From Promethearchaeia archaeon (lineage in GTDB: Archaea; Asgardarchaeota; Lokiarchaeia; Sigyniarchaeales; SOKP01): 64,000 nucleotides of DNA. The stretch spans positions 1 to 64,000 of the forward strand of contig JAHQWL010000075.1 of the NCBI GenBank assembly GCA_029856155.1. Reading direction: 5' to 3'. The notes under the pieces are model-generated. The model saw only the letters and a list, made by a program, of their open reading frames with translations. It was not told where the DNA came from and searched no databases. The translations under genes were made by a program, and so were the position numbers. Below are positions 50,785-60,769 of this stretch, in pieces (the stretch's first letter is position 1; every line of letters begins with the position of its first letter).

Positions 50785-50807
50785 ATTACTTCACTTTTAA
50801 TTAACTT

Positions 50808-52541
50808 TTATTTTCCATATAATCCTTTATTCTTCTTATAAAGTCCTAGTAGTTTCATTGCTGAGGGCGTTTCAAAAGCAATATCAACATCAAGTACAGC
50901 TGGTTTCTTTGAGTTAATCGCTCGTTGTAATGCCGGTTTTATATCTTCTGGTTTATCAATTTTTTCTCCGTAACACCCAAAACTCCTAGCAATTTCAGAA
51001 TAATTTATTGGAGGAAAATCTACATCACAGTATCTTTTTCCAAGATTAAGTTTCTGAGCAGATTTAATCATTCCCCAAGAACAATTATTTCCGATTATAA
51101 TAATTATAGGTAGATTTAACCTTACAGCGGTTTCCAATTCTTGGATATTAAACATAAAGCTGCCATCTCCAGTAATACAAACGACTAATTTATCTGGTTT
51201 AGCCATTTGTGCGCCAATTGCATACGGAATACCAGTACCTAAATGACCCATCGAAATAGAGCGAAAAAAACTTCGTGGTGGGCGTGGTTTAAGACTTATT
51301 AAATCCAATGAAAAAAGATAAATATCTCCCCCATCAATGACTAATTGTGTATCATCTGGTATGAAATCTAATACTTCATGCACAAGTCTGTGAGGTTTCA
51401 TAGGTAATTTATTAGATTTTAACATTTTTTCTATTTGCTGTTTATCATTTTTCCTTACATCCTGCAAATATTCATTCCATTGCGACCATTCAGTTACTTT
51501 TTCTTTAGGAAGATTCTTTTCCATTTCTTCTAATAATTGATTAATAACAGCTTTAGCATCTCCAACAATAGCAACAGTTACAGGTCTATTTTTACCAATT
51601 TCAGTTGGGTCTATATCAACTTGGATAATTTTTTGATCTTGATTCCAAATTGGGGATGCTCCATAAAGAATCGTATGATCCCATTTACAACCAAAAGAAA
51701 GGACTACATTTGCTTCAATAGCAGCTCTTCTATATGCCATAGCAGTCAATTTTCCTCCTACAAATGTTTTATCCGTTGTTACCACTCCTATACCACTTAA
51801 AGTTGTTCCAATAGGAAGATTATATGTTTCTGATAACTTATTTAACTCATTGAAAGCTTCAGAAGCATTGATACCGCCCCCAGCTACTATTAAAGGTTTA
51901 TCGGTATTCTTTAAAATATCTACCGCCTTTATTATACCTTCTATATTTCCCGCTGGTCTATATTCTGGGCGGTATTGTTTTGGATCTAAAATTTTTTTTT
52001 GATCAGCCTCTGTAGCATCTCTGACTAATGCTGTTTCCCTTAATTCGAGAAAAACAGGACCTCTTCTTCCAGTCATAGCAGTTCTTATACATCTTTGAAT
52101 AGCATGCGGTATTTCATATGGATTTTCTACAGAAACCTGTAATTTTGTTATAGGTTTCATCAGATTTATTTGGTCTAAATCCCCTTGTAATATTCCAATA
52201 TTGTCAAACATTCTACCAACTTGAGCACCAATTACCAACATTGGTATCGAATCAGCATATGCCGCAGCAACAGCTGGAATCAGATGAGTTACTCCGGGTC
52301 CTGCTGTTCCTAAACAAACACCTATTTCTCCAGTAGCCCTCGCCCAAGCGTCTGCCATGTGTCCTCCAGCTTGTTCATGTCGTACCATTACAGTGTCGAT
52401 CCCCTCTTCGCGACCCCAACGTTCAATAGCATCATAAATCTTTAGTAATTCTCCACCAACAAGACCAAAAATTTTAGTAACGCCTTCTTTAATAAGGCAT
52501 TTAACAACTAAGTCGCCACCATTTAATAATTGATTTGACAT
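50808..52541 (-). CDS. Thiamine-pyrophosphate enzyme (acetolactate synthase-like / 2-hydroxyacyl-CoA lyase-like)
   Basis: VRHEQAGGHMADAWAR, TAGPG, GPVFLE, GDGS...NN TPP motif. Confidence 0.9.
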   Translation of the reverse strand: MSNQLLNGGDLVVKCLIKEGVTKIFGLVGGELLKIYDAIERWGREEGIDTVMVRHEQAGGHMADAWARATGEIGVCLGTAGPGVTHLIPAVAAAYADSIPMLVIGAQVGRMFDNIGILQGDLDQINLMKPITKLQVSVENPYEIPHAIQRCIRTAMTGRRGPVFLELRETALVRDATEADQKKILDPKQYRPEYRPAGNIEGIIKAVDILKNTDKPLIVAGGGINASEAFNELNKLSETYNLPIGTTLSGIGVVTTDKTFVGGKLTAMAYRRAAIEANVVLSFGCKWDHTILYGASPIWNQDQKIIQVDIDPTEIGKNRPVTVAIVGDAKAVINQLLEEMEKNLPKEKVTEWSQWNEYLQDVRKNDKQQIEKMLKSNKLPMKPHRLVHEVLDFIPDDTQLVIDGGDIYLFSLDLISLKPRPPRSFFRSISMGHLGTGIPYAIGAQMAKPDKLVVCITGDGSFMFNIQELETAVRLNLPIIIIIGNNCSWGMIKSAQKLNLGKRYCDVDFPPINYSEIARSFGCYGEKIDKPEDIKPALQRAINSKKPAVLDVDIAFETPSAMKLLGLYKKNKGLYGK

Positions 52542-52607
52542 ACTTAAAGCTATTATAAATAAAAAATAAAGTTTATTATAAAAAGAGATTCAACAAATAT
52601 TTACAAA

Positions 52608-53051
52608 TTAGAGAGCAATCAATTCGAGATAATAGCCTAAAACTTTTTTGGTATCTAAATAGTAAAATTTAACTTTTCCAACTTTTCCCATTTGAATTAC
52701 ATCTATATTGTATTCTTTCTTAAAATAATTAATGAATGTCTCAGCATTCTTAGTATATACGCCTAAGTGATGTAGCCCCACATTTCCTTCTTTTAGAAAT
52801 TCTAAATATAAATGATCCCCTGTTGATTCTAATAGTTCTATAATTTCAAACTGTTTCCCACTAAAGTTTTGCATTATTTTCTTCATTTTAAATTCTACTT
52901 CTTTTCCTTTATAATTTACATTGCTGGTTTGTTCAACAATATTTATCTTTCCTTTAAAATCTAGTAATGCATTGTAAAATTCTGCGGCTTTTTCAATATC
53001 CTTGACAAGGATACCAATTTGATCAAATTTTGATAGCTTTAATTCTGTCAT
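52608..53051 (-). CDS. VOC family protein (methylmalonyl-CoA epimerase/glyoxalase-like)
   Basis: DQIGILVKDIEKA, FEIIE, GLHHLG, YLDT...YYLELI. Confidence 0.85.
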   Translation of the reverse strand: MTELKLSKFDQIGILVKDIEKAAEFYNALLDFKGKINIVEQTSNVNYKGKEVEFKMKKIMQNFSGKQFEIIELLESTGDHLYLEFLKEGNVGLHHLGVYTKNAETFINYFKKEYNIDVIQMGKVGKVKFYYLDTKKVLGYYLELIAL

Positions 53052-53068
53052 TATTAATATGCAAAGTC

Positions 53069-54358
53069 TTATTTTACTATTTTAGCAAAATGTAATTTAC
53101 TAATTGGTTTCTTTAGAGGAAAATCCCCCTTTAAAATCAATGATTTTAATTCTTCTGCTAATTTTATTGCTCCATGTCTATCTGATTGTCTTAAGACAAT
53201 TGGGACGTCATTATCTTCGAAATTAACCTTTTTTAGATCTAATTTAAATGCTTCTGGACATAAATGGGTACAATTACCACAATTAAAGCAGCGAGAGCGA
53301 TCTATTGCAAATATCCTACCTCCCTTTATAATAAATGCATCAGTAGGACATTTATCAATAGCTTTACATTCTTCACAATTTTTACAGGCATCAAGGTTAA
53401 ACTTCATTATAAAATTATTGTCCCAAACATCACCATAAGTCATTTCTCCTACTTTTTCACGCCCAACAAGACTTAAAATCGTTAATTTAACAAATTTATC
53501 AGATTTTACGATATTATTGAATATTCTTTCATTTAATATAGGAATAGGAACAGCTATACTACAGATAGGTTCTAAACCATAAGATGTTTTGAAAGCACCC
53601 ATATACTCGGGTTTCATTCCTTGTAATGAAGCAATAGTCATCATGTTAGGTTTTTCGACATAGTTACGAGTTCCAGGCCCCATTAGATACCCAATTGTCC
53701 CATTTACAAGAACAGGAGATCCAACTCCAAATGATTCGAATTCAGGATCATTTTGAAAAGGATTAAGCGCACCACATCCTGAAAAAGTTATTTCTGATTT
53801 ATTAGGAGAAAAAGGTAAACAGGAGAAAATAGTGTTAACTTGATGAGTTTCACAGTTAATCATTGCATTATAATTTTTAATCGCCTGTCTAGTCCCTGCT
53901 AATTTAGCAAATTGCATATCTTCTAGTTTCATTTGTTTTTCAATAGTTTCACCTTCAGCACTCATAGCTACAATTGTTACTACTTTTCTCTCAACGATAT
54001 CTCTAAAAAGAGAACCACCACAATAATTATCAATCGTTTTACTTTGAGTGGTTCCATAAATAATCAGATCTACAATACCTAAATATTCATTTGGGCATGG
54101 TCCAGGAAAGGCTGGGATTCCATTTATATCAACTTCGGTAAATTTTCTCAATGTTTTAGGCGGTGAAAGGCGAAAAGAGAATATCCCCATAATTCCGCTC
54201 ATAAGTCCTTTGGTTGCAGTTGTAACAACATCTACATCTTCAAAATTAACCTTCTTGCCTTCATTAATCCGATCTAACAATTCTTGAACGGTTAATATGA
54301 CTGCCGAACCATTTTCGATCTTTTTTCTGATTTCTGAAAGTTTTCTTTTTTTAACCAA
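53069..54358 (-). CDS. Methanogenesis-marker-16-like metalloprotein (DUF39/homocysteine-biosynthesis family) with a C-terminal 2x[4Fe-4S] domain
   Basis: VDVVTTATKGLMSG, GPCPNEYLG, SGCGALNP, CKNCEEC...CP and CFNCGNCTHLCP. Confidence 0.8.
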   Translation of the reverse strand: MVKKRKLSEIRKKIENGSAVILTVQELLDRINEGKKVNFEDVDVVTTATKGLMSGIMGIFSFRLSPPKTLRKFTEVDINGIPAFPGPCPNEYLGIVDLIIYGTTQSKTIDNYCGGSLFRDIVERKVVTIVAMSAEGETIEKQMKLEDMQFAKLAGTRQAIKNYNAMINCETHQVNTIFSCLPFSPNKSEITFSGCGALNPFQNDPEFESFGVGSPVLVNGTIGYLMGPGTRNYVEKPNMMTIASLQGMKPEYMGAFKTSYGLEPICSIAVPIPILNERIFNNIVKSDKFVKLTILSLVGREKVGEMTYGDVWDNNFIMKFNLDACKNCEECKAIDKCPTDAFIIKGGRIFAIDRSRCFNCGNCTHLCPEAFKLDLKKVNFEDNDVPIVLRQSDRHGAIKLAEELKSLILKGDFPLKKPISKLHFAKIVK

Positions 54359-54484
54359 TAGAAATCATCACTTAATTTCAAAAACTATCAATTTAAATAT
54401 TTATTTATAATAAAATTTTATTATTTATCCCATTCTTAACATAATTATAAAGAGTCAAGCAGTTTTTTTGAGGTTATAGTATTT

Positions 54485-55210
54485 TTGTCATATTTTGAAT
54501 CAAGATTGCCAGTAGATTTCAATGATTTTAACGATGTACTAAAGAAGTTAAAATTATGTGAAGAATTAGGAATAAAAAATGTAATTATTGAACCTAAAAA
54601 TAAGTTTAGTAAAATATCCTTAGAAATTAAGAAGAGTATAGAAAGAGAAACGAATTTAAATACTTTTTATCGAATTAATTTAAGATTAGATAATCTCGAA
54701 GGCTTTAAAAGAAGAATTCAAGCTTTTAATAATTTTTCTGATATTCTTTCAATTGAATCTTTAAACAAAGAAGTGCAATTACACGCCGCAAGAGATTCAA
54801 GAGTAGATGTAGTCTCGTTTTCAAATCCTGAAATAATTAAGACACTTACTCCTGGAGTTATTTCACTGACAAAACAAAATAAATCATTTTTAGAATTTTC
54901 AATGGCTCCAATTATGGTGAGAAATAAAATAAATCAATCAAAAAATTTCAGAAATTTATATAGAACCATCCAGTTAACACTAAAATTAAAAGGTAATTTT
55001 ATTATAAGCGGAAATTTTAATAATATATATGATTTTAGACATCCAAGAGCTTTAATAAGTATTTGTAATTCTCTTTTAGGAATTCCTTTAGATAGAGCTA
55101 AAAAAATCTTTAATGTTAATCCTATTTTATTATTAGAAAAATCTAAAAAACGAAATTTGAATAATATTGAACCGGAAGTGAGAATAATTAGAGGTGGGGA
55201 TGTACAATAG
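54485..55210 (+). CDS. rnp3: RNase P protein Rpp30
   Basis: AARDSRVDVV, FLEFS, IISGN...DFRHPR; directly upstream of Pop5. Confidence 0.82.
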   Translation: MSYFESRLPVDFNDFNDVLKKLKLCEELGIKNVIIEPKNKFSKISLEIKKSIERETNLNTFYRINLRLDNLEGFKRRIQAFNNFSDILSIESLNKEVQLHAARDSRVDVVSFSNPEIIKTLTPGVISLTKQNKSFLEFSMAPIMVRNKINQSKNFRNLYRTIQLTLKLKGNFIISGNFNNIYDFRHPRALISICNSLLGIPLDRAKKIFNVNPILLLEKSKKRNLNNIEPEVRIIRGGDVQ

Positions 55211-55566
55211 TTAGAAAAGAAAGGCAAAGATATATCTTTTTTAAAATTATTACAGAAAGTAAAACAGATATCACTCAAAATTCTCTAGTAAAATCAATTT
55301 GGCAATCAATCTGGCGATATTTTGGATTGAAAGAAGCTAATAAAATTGGGTTATGGTTAATAGAACTTAACCTAGAAGAAAATTATGGAATTATAAGATG
55401 CACTCACCAAACAAAAGAAATATTAATTTCATCTTTAACTCTTGTACAAGAAATTAATGGAATTAGGGTAATACTGGTCCCTAAAAAAACTTCTGGGACA
55501 ATAAGAACTTTAAAAAAACAGAGCAAATATAGTTTAATAGAAACAAATGAAAAAATCATATCTTAA
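55207..55566 (+). CDS. rnp2: RNase P protein Pop5/Rpp14 (extended upstream of the ORF track; probable ATA start)
   Basis: The frame extends to IVRKERQRYIFFKII...IWQSIWRYFG, then GIIRC...SGTI. In-frame TAG at 55189-55191, GAGGTG SD, and no ATG/GTG/TTG before the RY motif. Confidence 0.85.
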   Translation: MVRKERQRYIFFKIITESKTDITQNSLVKSIWQSIWRYFGLKEANKIGLWLIELNLEENYGIIRCTHQTKEILISSLTLVQEINGIRVILVPKKTSGTIRTLKKQSKYSLIETNEKIIS

Positions 55567-55572
55567 TGAACG

Positions 55573-56013
55573 ATGAGGGAATACAAGTTAACAAAAGCAC
55601 ATATTCAGCAGATTAATGACATTTCTAAAGCTACTCTAAAAATCTCCTTATTAGATATTAAAAATGTAGAGAAATATCCATTTCTTTTAATAGTTCAATC
55701 AACAATAGAAAACTCAATAAAATTATCAATTTATCCACTAAAAAAAGAGAAAATTATAAAGGTAACATTTTCAGGATTCGATTTTTCCAATAAAATTTTT
55801 GACGAAATCTCAAAAAACCTCCAGAATTTTCAAATTATTCATACATCGGGAGCCTTAATAATTAAGAAACAACTATTTTATGAATGTTATTTGAATTTAA
55901 GTTTAGAAGAAATCAAAGTTATGGATTTAAAAGCTTCTTTAGATGAGATTAAAAATATATTTAAAGAAATAAAAATAGAAGAAATTGGACTTAAAAAAAG
56001 CAAAGAAAATTAA
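55573..56013 (+). CDS. Hypothetical protein (possible ACT-like C-terminal fold)
   Basis: Clean ORF continuing the operon; IIHTSG...YECYL. Confidence 0.6.
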   Translation: MREYKLTKAHIQQINDISKATLKISLLDIKNVEKYPFLLIVQSTIENSIKLSIYPLKKEKIIKVTFSGFDFSNKIFDEISKNLQNFQIIHTSGALIIKKQLFYECYLNLSLEEIKVMDLKASLDEIKNIFKEIKIEEIGLKKSKEN

Positions 56014-56015
56014 TT

Positions 56016-56465
56016 ATGGATACTTGGAAAGTTTTTTTAAAATTCTCAGACGGTGAAGATAAAGAAATCGAATTATTTGATGCAAAAGTATATTTTGGCG
56101 GATACCTAAAGATAAAAAGAAGTTATTTTAATGCTCTTTTTAAAACAATCAAGATGACTAAAAGATATTTTACTCAAAAAGCAATAGAAAAAGTAATTGG
56201 ACCTAATAAAGATAACTGGACCCTTAATCCTTGGATGCTAATAATTGTTAAAGATAATGAAAAAAGAAAACCATTTTGGTTTTTTATTAAAAGAGAAAAA
56301 GATCTCTCTGGGGTACTTGTTGCTATAGGACCTAAACCATTTGCAGAATTTAACAATAAAAATTTATCAGAAGCAAAAAGAGAAATTAAGAGTCTGATAA
56401 ATTATATTGTAGCATATTTAAATAAATTTAAATGTGTTATTATACTCCCAAATTACCTTCCTTGA
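56016..56465 (+). CDS. Hypothetical protein
   Basis: 149-aa ORF starting 2 nt after the previous stop. Confidence 0.65.
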   Translation: MDTWKVFLKFSDGEDKEIELFDAKVYFGGYLKIKRSYFNALFKTIKMTKRYFTQKAIEKVIGPNKDNWTLNPWMLIIVKDNEKRKPFWFFIKREKDLSGVLVAIGPKPFAEFNNKNLSEAKREIKSLINYIVAYLNKFKCVIILPNYLP

Positions 56466-56658
56466 AAGATTACTATCTAAATCAGATTAATCTGATAATT
56501 GTTTCTTTATTTTTTAATTTTAATTGCACAATTTGATGTTGAAACTTCAGAAAAATACAAAGAATATGCGAAAAATATTAAATTAAATTTTAATTATCAA
56601 TTTTAATATCGGTTAATACAGAAAATACAACAATTTAAAATTAAATGGCTTATTAATC

Positions 56659-57453
56659 TTGAAGAAACTAAGTTTCAGAGTCATAATCTGCATACTAATA
56701 GTAAATTTGACTATTATTCCATTCCTTTTTGTATTAAAAGGCTATGGAACAACTGAAGAAATAGATTCTAAGTTCGGGGATTCTCCAGAAATTGATGGAT
56801 ATATTGATCTTTTTTCAGGAGAATGGAATAAAGCTACAAAAGTGGAGCTTTTTTTAGATGATTTACCTATTAAATTTTGGGTTATGCAAAATGAAGAAAA
56901 TCTTTATATTTCTGTTCAATTTGATTTAGTATTAGAGTATCATAATGCCACTGAATTTATTGGACTTATTATTTCAAATAGTTCTTCTGAGGATAAAGAA
57001 GAATTTATCGACGCGAAAATCCTTCAATTTTCTAATATTTCAGTAAATATATTTAACTATTTTGACTATTATATTAACAATAGTATTTTTTCTATTGACA
57101 CTGAAAAAAATGGTGATGGAGCAGCAAATTTGGATGGAACCACTTCCACATATGAGTTTTCTATTCCTATAAAGAATACTTTTGAAAATGAGGAGGATGT
57201 CGTATTAGATTATGGAAATACGTATGCTTTTAATATTACTTATGGAGATGTACCAATTTATCCAAATGGAATAAAAAAAAGCACTATAGTTCTCATAAAC
57301 CTAGGCTCATTACCCTCTTCATTACCAACACTTACTAATATAATTTTATTTGCATTTTGTATAGTAATTTTTAGTATTCTGGGAATTCTCTACGTTTTTT
57401 ATATATATAAAATTTTTAGATTGAAAGCAAATATTAAAAGAGTAAAACGGTAA
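56659..57453 (+). CDS. Membrane-anchored CBM9/DOMON-like extracellular protein
   Basis: N-terminal hydrophobic segment, PEIDGYID...EW, NLYISV, YEFSIP and a C-terminal TM helix. Confidence 0.6.
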   Translation: MKKLSFRVIICILIVNLTIIPFLFVLKGYGTTEEIDSKFGDSPEIDGYIDLFSGEWNKATKVELFLDDLPIKFWVMQNEENLYISVQFDLVLEYHNATEFIGLIISNSSSEDKEEFIDAKILQFSNISVNIFNYFDYYINNSIFSIDTEKNGDGAANLDGTTSTYEFSIPIKNTFENEEDVVLDYGNTYAFNITYGDVPIYPNGIKKSTIVLINLGSLPSSLPTLTNIILFAFCIVIFSILGILYVFYIYKIFRLKANIKRVKR

Positions 57454-57454
57454 A

Positions 57455-57871
57455 ATGTCAAAAATTCCTAAACAACAAGAAAAGGACCTAAAATCAAAGG
57501 AAAAATATCGATCTAACGAAAAATTTGCGTATAAATCTGTAATAATCTCAGCTATTTTAGGAGGAATTTTTTATACTATCTCTCTCTTCTTTAATACGGG
57601 ATTTATAACTATTTTTATGAATAAAGATATATTTTGGAATTTTATTGATATCACCATTAAATCAATAGCTATTATGTTGTTTTTTTTGTTTATGATAACG
57701 AGTGTTGGAAATTATAAAGAATTAATTGGTAAACCATTAAATTGGAAAGAATTACTTTTATTATTCTTGCTTTCTATTGGTCAAACTATCTTAAATATTT
57801 GGGTTTTTACTTTTACGCTTTTTGGACTTGCTATCATACTAATCTACCTATATATAGTCCAAGAGTTCTAA
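57455..57871 (+). CDS. Small 4-TM membrane protein
   Basis: Four hydrophobic segments. Confidence 0.6.
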   Translation: MSKIPKQQEKDLKSKEKYRSNEKFAYKSVIISAILGGIFYTISLFFNTGFITIFMNKDIFWNFIDITIKSIAIMLFFLFMITSVGNYKELIGKPLNWKELLLLFLLSIGQTILNIWVFTFTLFGLAIILIYLYIVQEF

Positions 57872-57884
57872 AACAGAACTTCTT

Positions 57885-58640
57885 ATGAATTTAAAAATGA
57901 ATTCGGAAATTTTATATATTGGACATAGAGGAACTAGAACTAATTTTGATGAAAATACTATAGACGCATTTAAAAAAGCTATAGAATTTGGGGCGGAATA
58001 TATTGAATTTGATGTCCGGAAAACTAAAGATAAAAAACTCATTATTCTGCATGATTCATCTTTAAATAGAACCACAAATGGCTCGGGGAAACTAAAAAAC
58101 TTCAATTATAATGAAATTAAAAAATATAGGACTAAAAATCATAAATGTGCTATTCCACTCTTATCAGAAGTCTTAGAAGAGTTAAAAGGACTAGTAAAGT
58201 TTATAATTGAGTTAAAAGATGATGACTTAACAGACGGAATTCTAGAAATAGTTAATAATTACAGCATATTAGAAGAATGTATATTTAGTGGGAGGAATTT
58301 AATAGATTTACAAGAAATTAAAAAGATTTATCCAAAAAGCAGAATATGCTATAATATTACTAAAGGATTGGGACTCAAAATCAAAGATTTTTTGAGATTA
58401 GGGAGATTTAAACAATTAGAATTTAAACTAGATTTAATAAATCTAAGATCGAATCTAATATCTTTAGAATTTATTGAAATTTGCCATAATAATAATATTA
58501 AATCTTTAGCATGGGACTTTATCTCATATAACAATCCAATATTTCAGATTAAATCTCTAATTGATTTAGGTATTGATGGGATTTTATTTGACAATCATAG
58601 AAATATTACAAAAATTAAAAGCTGGGTCAGCTTAACTTAA
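57885..58640 (+). CDS. Glycerophosphodiester phosphodiesterase
   Basis: IGHRG, ENTIDAF, IEFDV, ILHD, IELK, GIDGIL. Confidence 0.92.
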   Translation: MNLKMNSEILYIGHRGTRTNFDENTIDAFKKAIEFGAEYIEFDVRKTKDKKLIILHDSSLNRTTNGSGKLKNFNYNEIKKYRTKNHKCAIPLLSEVLEELKGLVKFIIELKDDDLTDGILEIVNNYSILEECIFSGRNLIDLQEIKKIYPKSRICYNITKGLGLKIKDFLRLGRFKQLEFKLDLINLRSNLISLEFIEICHNNNIKSLAWDFISYNNPIFQIKSLIDLGIDGILFDNHRNITKIKSWVSLT

Positions 58641-60697
58641 TTATCTTTCTTAATCCTTGAAATCCCGTTGGGCAAATATAAAATAATTTCATCTATGGAT
58701 AATAATTTAACCCAAATTCTTGAGTCTTTATCAGCGTTTTTAATAAAATAAGATTTTATCTCTTTAGCTAGTTTTCCTTTGGTGAATCCACTTGATTTTG
58801 AGGGTATAATACTTACTACATTTTTGGTTTGCTTTTTTATTGCCGATTCTGGACCAGAAATGATTTTTGGGTAAAATATTTTACTAGTATCCGTTAAATC
58901 CGCTTCTAAATCAATAATTTTTAATCCTATTGTCAATTCAGTCTTTGCATTTTTGATAAAATTCTTTTTTCCAGAAATAATAAAAGACCCTTTTGGTAAA
59001 AACTCACCTGAAGGAGGACTTTTTGAAATTTGATTTGGTTGTATATAAAATATATCAACAACACCCCAGTTCTCTTTCCATGCCCTTGAATAACTTGCCA
59101 CAAAATCAGCAGTTTCATGAATAGTATTTAATGGAATTTTTTTATCTTCTGTATTTTTAATTACTACTAATGGAGAGCCGGGGAAGTTAGTATGAAATAC
59201 TAGATCTTTTGCTTCGATATAATTTTTAAAAATAGTTTCATTTGAACTAGCATCTCTCCCACCGATAATTAGAAACCCATCAGAAGATATAAACCATCTA
59301 TACTTCTCATACCATTTTTTCTTTGGCTTTTTAATTAGGAAATCAACTTCGGCTTCAATTGACTCTTTTTCAAGTTTTAATTTGTCAATTTTCTTTTTAG
59401 TTTTTTCAATGGCAATTATAGTTCCTTGAATTTTTTTCTCAGCTTTCTTACCCTTGGAGTATATATCATTAGCATTTTGTCCAATACTTTTCTTTAAGTC
59501 AACGTAAACATTATGGTCGTTAACTCTTATTAATAGTTGATTAGTTGAAGGAATCACTTTTTCATAGAATTCTGTTCCATTTAAAGATTCCAATTTTGCT
59601 GTCTGCAGTTTATTATTAATTTCTACCCATTGGTAACCTTTTTTTTTTGCTTCCAATATCACAGAATATAATTTTTCTAACGAATTTAAATTAGTATATA
59701 TTAATTCTCCAATTTCGTAATATTTTTTCTTTTTATTCTTAAGCTCTTCAAGATATTCCTTTTGATTTTGTAAAATTTTTTCTTGAGATTTTATTTGATC
59801 ATCAATTCTTTGATCTTTTGGACTCTTTAAGGCTTCAGAATCTATTTTAGAAAAAAATTCATCAACAGCTTCATTAAATGTAAAAAAATGTTTTTTATCG
59901 TAATCTCTAAGAATTTCGATTTCAAAAGGAAGTACAGATATTTGATTCCCTTGTTGATCAAAAATGATTTGAGCATCAATTTTGCCAAATAATAATTGAT
60001 TTCTTAAATTTTTAAAAGAATCATATAAATTTTGGTATTCTTCATCAGAAAGGTTTTTTCCAAGAAGTTTTTTATCAATCTTTCCTCTATGACATATTTC
60101 TTCACTATATAAACCAGATAGGTGGATATTTCTTGAAAGATCTCTGACAATTTCGACTTCAGAGTTTTTAAATAAATCTTTAAAATCTTCTTTATTTAAT
60201 GTAATAAAATTCTTTCCTTGACTTTTAGGAAAAAAATACTCTTTTTGAGCAAGGAGCGCTCTCTCTCTAAATATTCTATATTTTTTCGCAATTTTAATAA
60301 TATTTTTTTCATCTAAGAGGAGAAAATTTCCCTTATTAAATAATTCTATTACAAATTTCCAAGGTTTGTTTTCCCAATTGCTTAATTCGATTATGATGAT
60401 TCGATCAAATTGATGTTGGGAAATTTTTAGTATCCTACGATTTCTTAAAAGTTTTCTTAAAGAACCAATATATTGACTGGGATAATTTGGAATAGGATAA
60501 TCATAATCTGTTAAATTTATCCGAGAATCTTTTTTAATAATTAAATTTTTCTTTCCAAAATTGGTATTGATTTTAATTATCAATAAATCTTCTATTTCAT
60601 AGATATTTAGTATTGTACCATTGGTCAATATTGAATCTAATTCTTTAACAATAGCAAATACGTCAAAATTAGAAAATTCTTGGGTTATTTTAATCAT
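58637..60697 (-). CDS. rqcH: Ribosome quality-control factor RqcH (NEMF/Rqc2 family)
   Basis: FSNFDV, FDRII, ELFNKGN, KWYEKYRWFISSDGFLIIGGRDA, GEFLPKGSF. Confidence 0.93.
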   Translation of the reverse strand: MIKITQEFSNFDVFAIVKELDSILTNGTILNIYEIEDLLIIKINTNFGKKNLIIKKDSRINLTDYDYPIPNYPSQYIGSLRKLLRNRRILKISQHQFDRIIIIELSNWENKPWKFVIELFNKGNFLLLDEKNIIKIAKKYRIFRERALLAQKEYFFPKSQGKNFITLNKEDFKDLFKNSEVEIVRDLSRNIHLSGLYSEEICHRGKIDKKLLGKNLSDEEYQNLYDSFKNLRNQLLFGKIDAQIIFDQQGNQISVLPFEIEILRDYDKKHFFTFNEAVDEFFSKIDSEALKSPKDQRIDDQIKSQEKILQNQKEYLEELKNKKKKYYEIGELIYTNLNSLEKLYSVILEAKKKGYQWVEINNKLQTAKLESLNGTEFYEKVIPSTNQLLIRVNDHNVYVDLKKSIGQNANDIYSKGKKAEKKIQGTIIAIEKTKKKIDKLKLEKESIEAEVDFLIKKPKKKWYEKYRWFISSDGFLIIGGRDASSNETIFKNYIEAKDLVFHTNFPGSPLVVIKNTEDKKIPLNTIHETADFVASYSRAWKENWGVVDIFYIQPNQISKSPPSGEFLPKGSFIISGKKNFIKNAKTELTIGLKIIDLEADLTDTSKIFYPKIISGPESAIKKQTKNVVSIIPSKSSGFTKGKLAKEIKSYFIKNADKDSRIWVKLLSIDEIILYLPNGISRIKKDN

Positions 60698-60769
60698 ATT
60701 ATGTTTAAATCCTTATTTATCAATAATATATAATGATTTTTATAATAAATAATATTTATACTATTAATT

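Noticed and set aside
4143-59118. Many 60-115 aa ORFs overlapping larger genes (e.g. 4143-4352, 7132-7374, 9594-9875, 15249-15485, 18050-18256, 22064-22327, 29635-29868, 36717-36926, 40269-40763, 50174-50800, 54934-55278, 58933-59118)
   Set aside because: Shadow frames of well-supported genes, with no motifs of their own.
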